DNA of 64,000 nucleotides from Tubulanus polymorphus (taxonomy: Eukaryota; Animalia; Nemertea): assembly GCF_964204645.1 (NCBI RefSeq), contig NC_134029.1, forward strand, positions 16,920,950 through 16,984,949, read 5' to 3'. Below, in pieces: positions 28,801 through 40,800 of the stretch (position 1 is its first letter; each line of letters opens with the position of its first letter). The notes beneath the pieces are model-generated. The model was not told the origin of the DNA and searched no databases. It saw only the letters and a program-made list of their open reading frames with translations. Position numbers and translations under genes: made by a program.

Positions 28801-31800
28801 TCAACTAGAATTTTCTAATAGTGATTGGCCCTAGGGGTATACATACATTTCAAACATCAAGCTGTTGATCAAATTTCCCGTAAACAACTTTTGCAAAAAG
28901 TGCTGATCTTAGTGAACCATAATGACTGCCAGATGGCAATCTTGATGCTGATCAAGCCAACTTTTGGCTATGGATGCGTCTAGGGTAGATACATAAATCT
29001 AACTAAATATCGAGTAACTCCATCCAAGTGATTTGAAAAGTTCCCAAAATAATTTGATTTCGTCTATGGAAAAATGAATGGTTGACGCACATAAGGTGAA
29101 TGGAATCGACCGCCGGGTGGCAAAAACAAAGCATTTGATCAAAGAATATTGGAGCTAAGCCCATCTACATCAGGCAGGGTTTATTTCTCTGAAGGAACAT
29201 CTGTACTTACTCAAATTAGTGATATTCTTGAGTACCATCAGAACAGCTTTACGTAAATTCACATGTCTGTTTTTTGTATCGGAACGATGCCATTCAAAGA
29301 ACATCGTTAAAAGTATCGGAACTCCTCCCTGTCCTACCGCTCTGGCCGAGTTACTCTCTACAATAACAACGAACAATCTGATAAACAAACTGCAAAAATT
29401 CTTCTCCTGCAGAAATTAACGAGAAGCTCCACAATTCAAATATGCAATCAGAAAATGGAAATTTCACAAAAATTAAACTAGCAGCATCTATCAAAATGGA
29501 AAATAGAATCAAAATCATGTGACTAAATCCATCATGTATCAATTCGAATCTCCTTCAATAAGTAATGAATAATGAAAGATTTTGACTCACTTGATTTGAC
29601 TAGCATTGTAAGTGTATCTAATGCATATTTAAGCAGAGTTAGATGTTTACGGCCGCACACCGTTAGAATTTTGAATAGATAAGTAACAGCACCATTCTTT
29701 CCCAGGTAAGACGCATTCACAGCTATAAAAAAGAAAATTACTGACTAACAAATAATAGAGAGTACTTCAGTGAATGAAAAATTGATTGAGACTAGGATAG
29801 AGACTAACAAAATCCGCTTAGCCTACAGCCTACTAAAATATTAACTTATTTTAAACAATTTTCACCTTGCTTAGAAAGTTTTTGCTTATTCAGAATGAGC
29901 TACAATTGAATAATGTTTGAATTCGATATCTCAGAAATGAGCATTCAAGATTAATCCCTGGACCCTGAATTAAAGTAATATAATTCATAGATCAGAGTGA
30001 TGTACCTACCATTAGCAGCGTATAATTTCAAAACAAGCAAAAGCGGTTGTAAAACTTTGTAACCAGTGATGTGATTCCTGATCAAAGTCAACGTAATCGG
30101 TAAAGCCTGTCCCAATCGCGCTTTTAAACCAAACTTTCGATCTGAAAATTATTACAAACAAAAAATACGGTATTCAAACAAACCAGTAAAACTTTACCAG
30201 ATCAAAGAAAATGTTAGTTCAGTTCACCTTTAGGACCGATTCGACCGAGGACCTGGTGTACAGCTATCAGTAATTCCTCCGACGGACTTTGTTCTTTATA
30301 TTCTTCAGTTAAAACGTGAAATAAAATCTGCGTGACTCCACGAGTTATAAAATTATTGGCACGTTTTCCAATTTCTGAAACATAAAACCGTAAGGTCCAG
30401 TCAACCATTAATTAATTACCTGCCATCCTTCTCCGCCAACAATTTGAATGAGCAGCCGATACACACTAGACGTATCGGCCCCACTCCGCGCGGTGGCGCC
30501 ACCCCGCGGGATTTACGCGAAGCAGCAGAACACAAACACGGCCATTCTCTCAATTTTCAATGATAGAAATCGCGTGTGTATTTCAATTATTTCGGCTGTT
30601 AGGGTTTTAAGGCACAATATAAGTTGATGATGTGATATGGCGATGCTAATTAATGATAATTCCGCAGTGAAGCTAGTCACGAACGGTGCCGATTGAGTGT
30701 ACAGCTGCCAAAAACACTGAAATGTGCGTAGTTGAGTAACTATTTGCAGTAAATTGCAGATGAAACATGAAGCCTTAACGGCCGTTTAAAAAAAAATTAT
30801 ACCAATCGCAATTGTAAAATAAAAATGCGATAGAACCTAAGTTAAAATTCTGGCCATTTCTAAAATGTTATTGATTATTATTACTAATTTTTAGTCAGTG
30901 CGGAACGTTTAGTTTTCCAACAATAATGAGGGGTGGTAGGTAGTCATGCAATTCAAGTCATCATTTATTACAAGTTACTTCCATGTTGTTGAAAATCTCG
31001 CGAGTCCTGGACTAAACCCCAATGAACAATGTGATCTGTGTGCTGGCCACCAAAATGCACACAGATCACACTACACTACCCATTACACACTCCAGTACCC
31101 ACAGCTTTCATATATCCATCCAAATATTTAGTGGCTTTCTTCCTGGATGGCGCAACGATACATGTACATAATGAAAATTCATTCATTTTTAATGAAATTC
31201 AAACTAGATTTTTAGGGACTCAAATCCAAATACCATCGAGTCATCTAATGGACATAAGGTTGACTTTCTCATTCATTGAATGGTGTATAGTTCACTGAAA
31301 ATTGATTTACTAATGATGAAGGTTGGCTTAAATTCAATAGTTGAAAAGCGGAAGAAATTGAAGCGCGATAACTGAGTTACCACTAGTGAACTGGGTAAAT
31401 CCTCACAGTAGCAGTGCTGATACTTCATTCTCAATCACAATTGAGATCACTGTTGATTAAAATGTAATTATCCCTGCCTGTGATTATTAGCCCGAAAAGC
31501 CATTAGCCAGCCTTAAATCAACATGAAATCATGCCAATCTTTTTTGACGCCTTATAAAACGTTACCATTATGAAACCTAAACAATGTTAACTATTCAGCG
31601 TCATTTTACAAACGAAAACCGTAAATCGATGTGCAAAATGTCACAGGTCTATGTGTACACACATACAAGCTATTTGGCAAAATATTATTGACTAAGATGT
31701 AGAATGGCTTCCTGTGATTATATAATGAGCTCTGTTTGAACGTGGAAATGTTATATTGCAATGAATACCATTAGAAGACGTATTGTAATAGTAAAGGATG

Positions 31801-34800
31801 TATGATTATATCAGAAGCGGCAGGCATAAATAGAAATGATAAGTAAATCGGATTATTCGTTTGAATGGCGGATGTATACACGATACGGAAGTCTGATATA
31901 AAAGTCAGACCCTGACATGGGGATTCTGGTGGAATCTATCTACGATCTGTTAAGGGCTGGTGTGAATTTCATCGGCGGCTACAAGCGGTCAATATAAAAT
32001 TGTGTAAACATATAATTTCAATATTCAAATGTTTTAGAAAATATGTTCGATATTAGGGGTATGCAGGTTTAATGAGATTAGCAATTTATAACAGCATAGC
32101 TGTCATATACGGCTCCGCGTCATCTGATGGCATGTGTATTAGGTGACAATTCAATTCAATTCTTTATTGATCCTTATAACACTGAAATTCCGGGATAAAA
32201 TTCCCAAATTCAATAAAGTTACAAATTCTAAAATAAGAAAATACAACATACAAGACACACGGGTAATTCATACAGAATAACATAAACAAGTTATTTTAAA
32301 TGAAAATGTCTACTTCAACCTAGACTCAAGACTAGGATATCGAGTGACAGCCAAACCGGGCCCGGGGACCGGGCTGGCTGGCTAGACCACACGATATGCT
32401 CGAAGTCATGATGAAGCAGACATCAGAAGAGCTCTTTCTTCAATCATGGAGGCAATGAAGATGCATTGACAATTCTTAATAAAAAGTTAAACCACTACTC
32501 AGTACAGTCGAAGACCTGTATCATCACCCAATCGCCAAATCTCATAATTCCCCAAATTTCTTAAAACTTCGATTTCAAATTTGCAATTCCACATTAGATT
32601 ATCCCAGAAATATTACATTTTTTTTCGCAGGCGTCAAACTATTTATTAAAATTAATTTTCTTGTTCCAATTACCAGGTAGAGATAAACTTATTGGTATTT
32701 CAGTTATTTCCATATATTCCATTATTGCAAGTTAAATAAATTGCCCATGGGCAAAGTGTGGTTTACCTTGAAAGCTAGAGGTTGTTTGGAGTAAGGGCAT
32801 TGCTTGAAAAATCTTTTTAATTCGTGACTTCAAAGTTCTAGAAGTTTATATTGTATTTTATCTAAGTCAAATAAGACCAAAGATAAACATTTGTTTATGG
32901 TCTACGTCCAAAATTTCGTAGGGTACAGGTAGGCGCGGCAGGGAAACTATTTTATATTTTCAAAAAAATATTTTTCACAATATGAAAAAATATTCAAATT
33001 AAATTCATATGATGTCATATATCAGAGGGTGGCTGAATATTGAGTCTTAGAAATGAAACTTCTTCCAATGTATGGCCGCGGAAGCTAATACACCCGGGCG
33101 TAGTATTAGATCGTTTTAAATCCTGGAATTTACCACTACACAATATTCAGACCTCGACCTATGCCTATTTTACTGCCTAGTATTTTCAGGTCACAAGAAA
33201 TTACAAATTATTTTAAATTCTATCAGGCAAAAAACACAGCGCTCATCTTCTGCTACGACGATTATTCAGCCTGTTATCATACCAAACGTGCACGCGCCAA
33301 GCAGCGTTACAGCATCAGCTTATAGTAGTCTGTGAGCGTGTGTTTGTGTGTCCAACTAGCACTCCGAGGCCTTGTGTAGTGAACGTTCACTTACTTCAAT
33401 CTCAATCAACACAATCACCGCGCATTAAAATGAAACAATACCTATGGCAATATGTGAAATAATTATATTTCTCACCAGCAATGAGCATTTACAATTCGCA
33501 CATATACGGCACCTAGTCCAAAGAAACGTTCGCCATTAAAGGCTTTCCCATAATTATTTTAGTAGCGCTGGAATTCCCTGTACATCCCAAAAACAGCCAA
33601 TCACATTCGCTCGTGGAGACGACGCCCCCAATCGAGGTCATTGCAATTTTATACGCAAGAGCTAAGAATTTTCCCGCCAAAAACAGTTTTTCTTCGAATT
33701 TAAACAAAGTTGACCATGTCATCGACGGAGGTTCGTCATGTCTTCAATCGCATCGATTATACGTCATTTAACCTGAGAACCAATGAAAAAAATGCTCACA
33801 TAAAAAAACGTACCGCAGTTTTACATGAATTGGCTCAATGCCAACCTCATACTGCTGACAAAGGTAAACCAAAAAGGATTTTACTTGTTTGACCAGTATT
33901 TCACTTATCCAAATCATGAAGATGAAAGGACTTGTAACCCCTTACTTAACTCTATGCCTGCCAGGCCTTTTTTTCAAGAAATGCTGCGCTTTGCCGGGAT
34001 TTACGTGTTTTTCAGAGATTCATAAAACAAAAACTAGAAGAGATACCTTCATCAAATTTGCTTTATTTTGTTCATCTGGTCTTGCTAATTCATGTAAAAT
34101 AGGCAGCATTTCTTCTAAGACTGCTAAAATCTGCAGCGATCACCTATGCAGAGGGGGTATTTTGCAAAAAATATGGCAATTCATGCGTGTTCAGCCCCCA
34201 TTTCAATAGATGACGTCACTGACACAGTGCATCGAATGACTGATGATAGTCTGTTTAAGTAGTAAAAGGCATTAAACTAACTGGTGTTGTGCGATGAATT
34301 CACCATCTATTGTTATAGTAAAGAAACAAGTCAACGTACCAGTACGATTTTGGCAGGCAATGATACAATCATGTAAATATCACTGGAATATGACAATGCC
34401 ACATATGTCTTCTACCCTGGGTAAGCAGAATATATTGGGGCAAAAAACTGAAGACAGGTCATAAAGGCCAAGACTTATTGCATACTTCAGTGAAAACAGA
34501 ACTCAGACAATCATTCATAAACTTTCAAGGAAACCATTCTGAATCGCACGCTGTATTACGCTAACAAAAAATTCAAGATGGCTACGGTGGAGGCCATATC
34601 AGATGACAGATAACCTCCATTTTCAATGGCAGTAGACATCTGACCTGCCCTAATCCTAACACCATGTTTCATGGAAATCCATATATCAACAGCAGCAGAC
34701 TGTATCGCACTAATGAACAAGAAAATTGATTTTAATAAATTATTTGACGCCTTCTACATGGTAAACCAAACGATATGAACATTTCTTCAAATAGACAACA

Positions 34801-36193
34801 TTTGAATCTGATTTATATTCCCAGTTGTTCAAGAACAAATATCATTTACACATAGAACATTATCCTAGTGTTTAAAAGAAGGATTATTCAATAAACGCCA
34901 CATAATCTATAAGTTTCTTCCTGAGAGACAATTTTCACAACTTACGTGATTTTCCAAGCAGTTCACTAATCAGCAATATTAAATTCAAGGACACAGTTTT
35001 ATCATTAGAAATCTGGAAATATTGAAAAAACATACAATAATTGGTCAATTGATGAGAAATAATAGAATATTTAAGGAAGGTTTTCAATATTACCTCTAAA
35101 GCTGTAAGAATACTTTCTACGTAAGCACCACATTTTATCACATGATCTTTTGTCAGTTTATCTGGCAAAATAAAACAGCCGAATTACACGTCGTAATGCC
35201 TGGTAATGCCATGCACAATGGGGATATATGGATACATGACAGGATTCAGAACTACCAAGTAAGCCTGGAGCTAGTTCTGAGAAAAGATTTGACTTCGGGG
35301 AAACTAATATGATTGCTACTATGGATTCAAACCTAATTGAGAACTGTGGATGTGGGTCCTGGTTAAACCTACAGTTTCAATCGCAAGATCCAGTCCTGTT
35401 TCTCACAGTTCTGGGTTATTATAATTTGACTCAAGATCGGAATGAGACACATGCATCTAAATTGTACTCGCCGTGATTTGTATTCATACATAACGACTTA
35501 TATCGGTAGAACATTAAATATCTCTAACTAGCCCAAAATTAGTCATTTATTTATCCTTAACTTTTTATGTTTATGCAGTTCAAACCTGCAGTTGGCAGGC
35601 ACTATTCATGAAGTACTCGATTGCATCAATAAAATGCACATCATTTGTTCACGCCCTACAACACACTCACTAATATGTTTATCATGTCATTGGCCTAGGC
35701 CTATGTTACAGTAGCAACAGTTACAGTGGTAAGAGTTTATTGATTCAAAACCAAATGACTGGAATCAGTGTCAGTCAGAGACGATGTCAGAATCATGCAA
35801 CCACTTACATAAACGGTGACATGCTGAAATTGGCGATAGAAAAGTTTCTCAGTAATAGCTAAACTAAAATTCAAATCAGTAGCATATTTGATATATGTGA
35901 ACATGTCACATTTGAAAATAACTTAGACCAAAAAATACATGTATATTTGCTATAAAATTATATTATATACGGTATATTCTATTCATCGGGCATTTGCCCT
36001 TTAATCAAGAACAATGGAACTGGGTCCACATGAAGCGATCAACCTTACCTTGAGTATTAACACACTGTAATAGCTTTGAGGATATGTAGCGATATTGTTG
36101 TAAATCCTCGACTACTGTTTTAGGGTTTGACTTCTGACTGTTTAACTTCTCCAAACTTTCGAACAGTGTTTTACATCGACTGGTTCGTTCCAT
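1652..36193 (-). CDS. AGTPBP1: Cytosolic carboxypeptidase 1 / Nna1 (M14D tubulin deglutamylase), 23 coding exons, about 1229 aa
   Basis: Hand-spliced exons in transcript order: 36049-36193, 35094-35161, 34946-35012, 30228-30374, 30010-30141, 29591-29722, 29211-29357, 26118-26342, 23371-23474, 22909-22998, 22647-22830, 21708-22236, 15865-16093, 15303-15459, 12862-13094, 12186-12321, 12030-12101, 9036-9144, 8455-8584, 8105-8242, 2606-2782, 2081-2241, 1652-1829. All introns are GT-AG and in phase; total 3690 nt. CCP motifs: [57 protein letters not shown]. The ARM-like N-terminus ([23 protein letters not shown]) is typical of the CCP1/CCP4 group. Confidence 0.92.
2081..2241 (-). CDS. AGTPBP1: AGTPBP1-like exon 22
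   Basis: [20 protein letters not shown]. Confidence 0.87.
2606..2782 (-). CDS. AGTPBP1: AGTPBP1-like exon 21 (catalytic Glu)
   Basis: [29 protein letters not shown]. Confidence 0.93.
4390..5650. repeat. Degenerate short tandem array (TTTTTCGTTCGAACAAAA-like motif), interrupted by a MITE
   Basis: Many imperfect copies of tttt(c/a)(g/a)ttcgaac on both sides of 4622-5211. Confidence 0.6.
4622..5211. mobile_element. Tc1/mariner(pogo)-type MITE
   Basis: TIR CCGTAAAAACCG...CGGTTTTTACGG flanked by TA on both sides; related fragment at about 33130-33250. Confidence 0.75.
6074..6723. mobile_element. Non-autonomous DNA transposon with TTAA TSD (Kolobok/piggyBac-like)
   Basis: TTAA-AGGGCAAATGCCATCAAAAT ... 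ATTTTGATGGCATATGCTCT-TTAA; related partial copy at about 35520-36004. Confidence 0.72.
8105..8242 (-). CDS. AGTPBP1: AGTPBP1-like exon 20 (third Zn ligand)
   Basis: [19 protein letters not shown]. Confidence 0.93.
8455..8584 (-). CDS. AGTPBP1: AGTPBP1-like exon 19
   Basis: [14 protein letters not shown]...[10 protein letters not shown]. Confidence 0.92.
9036..9144 (-). CDS. AGTPBP1: AGTPBP1-like exon 18
   Basis: GTIQHLLS...[16 protein letters not shown]. Confidence 0.92.
9873..11625 (-). mobile_element. Helentron-associated non-autonomous element (HINE/DINE-like), family A copy 1, interrupted by an insert at about 10778-11404
   Basis: Ends AACTAGGGGTCCAGGG..GCCCACTTGGG and GGGACTAAAGTCCCAAGTGGGCTAAAAA; (GACG)n microsatellite; three monomers of about 154 bp. 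Confidence 0.75.
12030..12101 (-). CDS. AGTPBP1: AGTPBP1-like exon 17 (Zn-binding HxxE)
   Basis: [23 protein letters not shown]. Confidence 0.93.
12186..12321 (-). CDS. AGTPBP1: AGTPBP1-like exon 16
   Basis: ADLDHW...[16 protein letters not shown]. Confidence 0.9.
12862..13094 (-). CDS. AGTPBP1: AGTPBP1-like exon 15
   Basis: GMQPVIYSV...[15 protein letters not shown]. Confidence 0.92.
13216..13860. repeat. Interspersed repeat with two tandem units of about 300 bp (HINE-like); related copy at about 25795-26090
   Basis: cgggctcaggctc...gaaattaccatgc...cctagggccaat...ttctgccactag at about 13246 and 13541, homologous to 25800-26090. Confidence 0.6.
14117..15179. mobile_element. hAT-like non-autonomous DNA transposon
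   Basis: Perfect 16-bp TIR CAGTGCTTCATCTAGC / GCTAGATGAAGCACTG; cagac on both flanks. Confidence 0.72.
15303..15459 (-). CDS. AGTPBP1: AGTPBP1-like exon 14
   Basis: [23 protein letters not shown]...[16 protein letters not shown]. Confidence 0.92.
15590..15714. mobile_element. Small MITE
   Basis: gggccagttgcaca ... tgcgcaactgggcc imperfect TIR. Confidence 0.45.
15865..16093 (-). CDS. AGTPBP1: AGTPBP1-like exon 13
   Basis: [12 protein letters not shown]...[17 protein letters not shown]. Confidence 0.92.
17402..18650 (-). mobile_element. HINE-like family A copy 2 (four monomers of about 154 bp)
   Basis: Same termini, subterminal GCCCACTTGGG inverted repeat and microsatellite as 9873 and 27306. 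Confidence 0.8.
19124..20457. mobile_element. hAT-like non-autonomous element
   Basis: CAGGGTTC...GAACCCTG ends with subterminal (T)TCAAGC arrays at both ends. Confidence 0.6.
19422..19978. mobile_element. PIF/Harbinger-type MITE
   Basis: TAA-GGCCATCCCAAA ... TTTGGGATGGCC-TAA (3-bp TAA TSD). Confidence 0.75.
21708..22236 (-). CDS. AGTPBP1: AGTPBP1-like exon 12
   Basis: Within ORF 21668-22273; ends with the conserved KISYPDLFG...YGVQR. Confidence 0.82.
22647..22830 (-). CDS. AGTPBP1: AGTPBP1-like exon 11
   Basis: [13 protein letters not shown]...FYKDL, open frame between AG and GT. Confidence 0.72.
22909..22998 (-). CDS. AGTPBP1: AGTPBP1-like exon 10
   Basis: [30 protein letters not shown]. 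Confidence 0.78.
23371..23474 (-). CDS. AGTPBP1: AGTPBP1-like exon 9 (acidic linker)
   Basis: [21 protein letters not shown]..., in-phase splice sites. Confidence 0.75.
23661..23913. mobile_element. Small hAT-like MITE
   Basis: caggcgcagattcag ... ctgtatccgcccctg imperfect TIR, with inner tagcac/gtgcta. Confidence 0.45.
24750..24997 (-). mobile_element. tRNA-derived SINE (degenerate)
   Basis: Minus strand A-box TGGCCCAGTTAG and B-box GTTCGAGTCC at tRNA-like spacing (24928-24997); no intact acceptor stem. Confidence 0.5.
26118..26342 (-). CDS. AGTPBP1: AGTPBP1-like exon 8
   Basis: [18 protein letters not shown]...[15 protein letters not shown]. Confidence 0.88.
27306..28712 (-). mobile_element. 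HINE-like family A copy 3 (five monomers of about 154 bp)
   Basis: Complete termini; monomer starts at about 27411, 27555, 27709, 27863, 28017. Confidence 0.82.
29211..29357 (-). CDS. AGTPBP1: AGTPBP1-like exon 7
   Basis: KSNSARAV...[11 protein letters not shown]...KNITNL. Confidence 0.87.
29591..29722 (-). CDS. AGTPBP1: AGTPBP1-like exon 6
   Basis: [13 protein letters not shown]...[11 protein letters not shown]. Confidence 0.87.
30010..30141 (-). CDS. AGTPBP1: AGTPBP1-like exon 5
   Basis: [18 protein letters not shown]...LKLYAAN. Confidence 0.85.
30228..30374 (-). CDS. AGTPBP1: AGTPBP1-like exon 4
   Basis: [12 protein letters not shown]...[11 protein letters not shown]. Confidence 0.85.
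30466..31155. repeat. Interspersed repeat, uninterrupted version of the element split at 17085-21055
   Basis: Collinear homology to 17085-17400, 18655-18830 and 20935-21055. Confidence 0.65.
34946..35012 (-). CDS. AGTPBP1: AGTPBP1-like exon 3
   Basis: [26 protein letters not shown] flanks. Confidence 0.75.
35094..35161 (-). CDS. AGTPBP1: AGTPBP1-like exon 2
   Basis: [27 protein letters not shown] flanks in phase. Confidence 0.75.
36049..36193 (-). CDS. AGTPBP1: AGTPBP1-like coding exon 1 ([18 protein letters not shown]...)
   Basis: ATG at 36193; donor GTAAGG; upstream acceptor ttttttcaag at about 36245 implies a further 5'UTR exon. Confidence 0.75.
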
Positions 36194-37011
36194 TGTGCTC
36201 TCCAAAAATGTTTCTCTTCAACTACGTAGGCTTATAGCCAAATCCTTGAAAAAAAGTATTCAACCTAATCAAATAACAATAATACGACATTCAGGGGCAA
36301 AGGGCTGCATATCTATAAGTCAGTATCAAGCTTCATCCCAAGAATCAGGGATGAAAAATCAACCTTTATGTGCACTTGCACCCTAGACATTGAAAACAAA
36401 GCCTAGATACTAGACTAGGGTAGATGTCTAAGCCATACATCGAGACAATTAATCAAACAAACCTCTCAAAAACCCGCCTAGAATACATTGATTGATCAAA
36501 AGATTAATAATGAATTTACGCAATGAAACGAAACAAGACAGTAGACCAGACCCCACATCATACTAGACATAGCCTATACCATTTATTTGAAGACAACATC
36601 AAAAGTTTAGAAACGTCAGTGGTGCTGGAACTGTAGCAGTGAATACCTTGTTTTTGATGAAATTGAAGTAAATTTGCCACGGCAACACACAAAAGCTGTA
36701 AAAAATCAGTAATTGGCTACAGCAATTAAAAATTGCTTCCAACCCGTACGTAGAAATGACAAATATTTCATGTCGTAGCAGTGGTTGTCTCCACAGAGAA
36801 AGAATGTCGCTCTACGATCCCAGTAGAGTATCCACCCACCCAGATACAAGCATTCATATTCGTGTGACTCTTGCCCACTGGAGTGCTGCCGGCATTTTTG
36901 TCGAGAAAATGTCATTCGCATCTTAATATCTGTGGTACATCAGACACCAGGGACATCGCCATAGGTCCGACAGACCTAGATTTAGGTATAACCCTAAACC
37001 TAACCCTAGGG

Positions 37012-37802
37012 TTAAATACTAAGTTATTCTACTATTCTATGCCCCCTGGTGACCACATAGAATAACTTATGTCCTTATAACTCACCACAATCATAGACAA
37101 TGTCATGAGCTACAACTATGCAATTGATTGTGGTAACAAAATATGCTTAGGTATCAATATAATCTGGAAAAACTTTTTCCCACCAATGGATGAGTACTGA
37201 TGATACCAAGATGGCTGTCAATTACGTAATAATTGGCCGATCAAAAATACCTGTCTCAGGTATAAAACATCCCTTTCCAAAGAATACCCTTCACAAATTG
37301 CAATGAGAAATTGCAAACCAATAGGAAGCTACAGGACTCAGAATTAGGGCCAAAATTGACATTTTTGGGCACTAAAAAGGTCATAGGAGTCCGATCGTGG
37401 TCACCAGGGGGCATTGATGGCCATCTTGAGTCCGATCGACCAAATTTTTCTTATAGTGATGGGCCCTTGGGGGATTCAAATATAGCCTATACGAAAGATC
37501 AAGGTAATTGATTTAGGGCCTTAGTGTCTTCAAAATTTCCCTCAAAAAGTTCAAAAAGTGTAAAAAGTGCTGATTTTGACGAACAACAATGGCTGCCAGT
37601 CGGCCATCTTGATTGTGACAGGGCCAGTTTTTGGGCTGAAGATGTGTCTAGGGTAGATACATGTATAAACCAAATATCAAGATATTACCTTGAAGCGTCT
37701 TCAAAACTTCCCCAAATAACTGGATTCCGTCTACGGACGGACGACGGACGAAAAGTGAATGCAATAGCCCGCTGGGACTAAAGTCCCAAGTGGGCTAAAA
37801 AA
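37012..37802 (-). mobile_element. HINE-like family A copy 4 (truncated, one monomer)
   Basis: Shares the core and GGGACTAAAGTCCCAAGTGGGCTAAAA end. Confidence 0.78.
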
Positions 37803-40800
37803 CGTTTTTAACGATTTGCTCTAAAATGCTGTCTGATGGTGTCTATTGTCTGAGGGAGAGACCCAGACCCCCCACAGCCTTTGGTCCTGTAAAATGGCCT
37901 CTTTATTACAAATGTCTGACCATGGGTGGCGGGACCGGGGCGTTTGGGGCCGGACAAATATTTTACTAGTTAGTTCCGCACATTTTGGCCGACCCAAAAA
38001 AACTTTAGTTGTTCCTGTCAGTTTTATCCCTGCCCTGATAACCTCTCTACAAGCTGATTAAGATGATGCATCTCCTAATGCCTGCAGGGCCCAAGGTACC
38101 GGCACTGGGGCTGCCACTTTTCTGCGACATGAACATAAGTTTTTACATAGCCTGCTGAACTCATAAGATATGGACTGTTGTGTAAATAACCGTTATTGAC
38201 GTACCTTGAATGTGCTCTGTTGTAATCATAATTATCTTTTTACGTAATACATGCCTACGGTAGGTACCCAGTGGCGGAAATGGTGAAATTGTGAGCATAG
38301 GCCTATATCATTCTTAATTTCAACCAGGAAAGTGAATTAGATAAGCTTTCGCCGCCCTTTCAAATTCCAATATGACTTATCATTGGACATAGAGGTTCAA
38401 AGTGAAACAAGTCAAATGTATGCTGTGTCGTATGTGCTTCATTTTTGAGAGCAGAGGATGCTGTTTTGTTTGATCGAATCGATCAGATCAGATCGAGTGA
38501 GTCGTCGACGTCGTCAGAGACGAGTTGAGGCAGGCTGGCTAACGAAAAGTTTGTTTTTAACCACTGACGATTTGACTTTTAAAGTTTATCATAGGATTCG
38601 GTTAAATTACCTTTACAAACAGTCTCTACTCTTAAGTCAGTTAGGGAAGTTCGCAGGTTGAATGAATAGCTGTAAAAACTTTGGCCGAATAGGCCTAAAA
38701 TCTAACACTTTTCTGTCATTTTTTCAACCGAGCAACCAGTAATGACGTCAAACGGGGAACGCCCAGGACTTCTTTGAGTGTGCAGTCGGCTATGGTTTGT
38801 TCATATACGCGAAGTATCTGTCAAATAATTCAATTCAATAAACTCTTTATTGGCGCTATTGCACTTTCGTACCCCCCTACCAAAAATTTTTATTTCTGTA
38901 TATTATTATTCAGGGAGGTCTGTAGAGTCAAAATAAATTACTTTTGACAAAAAATAATTTTTTTCTAAGCCAAAATTCTGATAATTTAGGGCCAATTTCC
39001 TCGATTCAAACCGACAGGTCGGCCATGTTTCCGCACTAATTACCACCTAAAAACATCTGAATAAATATATCTCAATAAATTTAATTGAATTGAATTGACA
39101 AAATTTCGTTTTTGGGCATATAACTTTTCTTCATCAGAACATCTTTAAATCAATAGCTAAGTATGAAAATAATGCAATCATACGCGTTATTTTCAGAGAT
39201 GGTTATGTTTGAAAACATGGTTTTTGCTAAGTTTTTATGTCATGACATTTCAGTGGAGGGTTAGCAACTTTGATTGACATCCAATATGGCGTTGTTGACG
39301 TGCAAAAGGTAGAAAGTTTCTAATGTCCGATACGAATACGAATACGAATACGAATATTTATTTGCACTCCAACCATTTCCATGGTATATGGAGGAAAACA
39401 GTATTTACAATAATTACATAAACAGTAATAAAAGCTACAAAACTTAATTAACTGGTCTCACACTTGTGTACAAAATATACTATTTACTATTTACAATACA
39501 TATATTTACAATACATACACTACCGGAGGGATTTATATACATCTAGACCTATTTTGATGAATTTAGCCATATTTAAAGTTGGATTTTTTAATACATCTAA
39601 GTTCCGAAAGGTATTAATATCTAAGTGGTTTTCACGGGGTTCGGTAAGCAAATTACAATCGAAAAATATAGCTGCATAGCAGCGATAACGGGTTTCTGCC
39701 TAACTTTCATATGTCGCACTGGCGAATGACGAACTACTTACTAGCAACCTGGCGGATTGTCACTAGCTATGAGTGGAATCCTCAATTGCCACAGCAGCAC
39801 TGCAGGAACCCCATTGTACTGTGGCAGTCGCCATGCCATCAAGCTCAAATCCTTGCCAGGGACAATGTTGTAAATGACATCAGAACTTGGCCAAGCATAT
39901 GGGGATAAGCACCAAATTTGGAAACAATAATTATACACAACACATATCATCATACCATCCACCTTTTATTTATATTTCATCCCACAACATTGATTACAAA
40001 CATTTCTGAATACTATCTCACTGCACAATACAAAATACATACATCGCCACAAATGATTGCTACATGATCAATTACCATTTCCTATATATTCAATACAATC
40101 CTTCATACAGTTCCATACATAATCATTCATAAGACTGTACATATGTGTTTAGTAATATTAATGGTGGTAATATATGTACAGTGTTATCACATCAAAACCT
40201 ATGGCAACAACGCATCAATATCCCCCAGCATGAAATATTACTCATTTTGTACACTGTACATAGCTGTTACATTCCAACACATCCATTCCACACAGTGACT
40301 GCTTCATCCCCATGACAGCTAGATATATACATCCACCACCATATCTTACTGTTACATTGCTACATATCAATCACAATGTCAAATATCATTCATGCCCCAT
40401 TACAACTATCTACATACTTTCCCCAGCTTATACCACTGTTACTTAACAACATATCAATTCCAAATACACACTGTTTCATTCCCTAGAAACTAGGTACATC
40501 AATTTACCCATTTACTATTGTCACACAATCTTCAAAAACACTAAAATATAAACCCTGTCACTCATAAATGAATTCACATAAAGGTCACATAAAATTAAAA
40601 TCATAACTACACATGCCTGTATATACAAAACCCCACTATTGTAACACACCTGACCCTCCTATATACATCCACATAGATGTTTCCACATATCGAAATCAAA
40701 ACATACACTACATACACACCACTACACAACACCCTGCTTCATTAATACGCGTCACCCTCTGACATATATTCGCAGAGGAGACTCTACAGAACGAAATATT

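Noticed and set aside
38458-38661. Arg-rich 67-aa ORF in three copies
   Set aside because: No recognisable domain; copies come from the triplication
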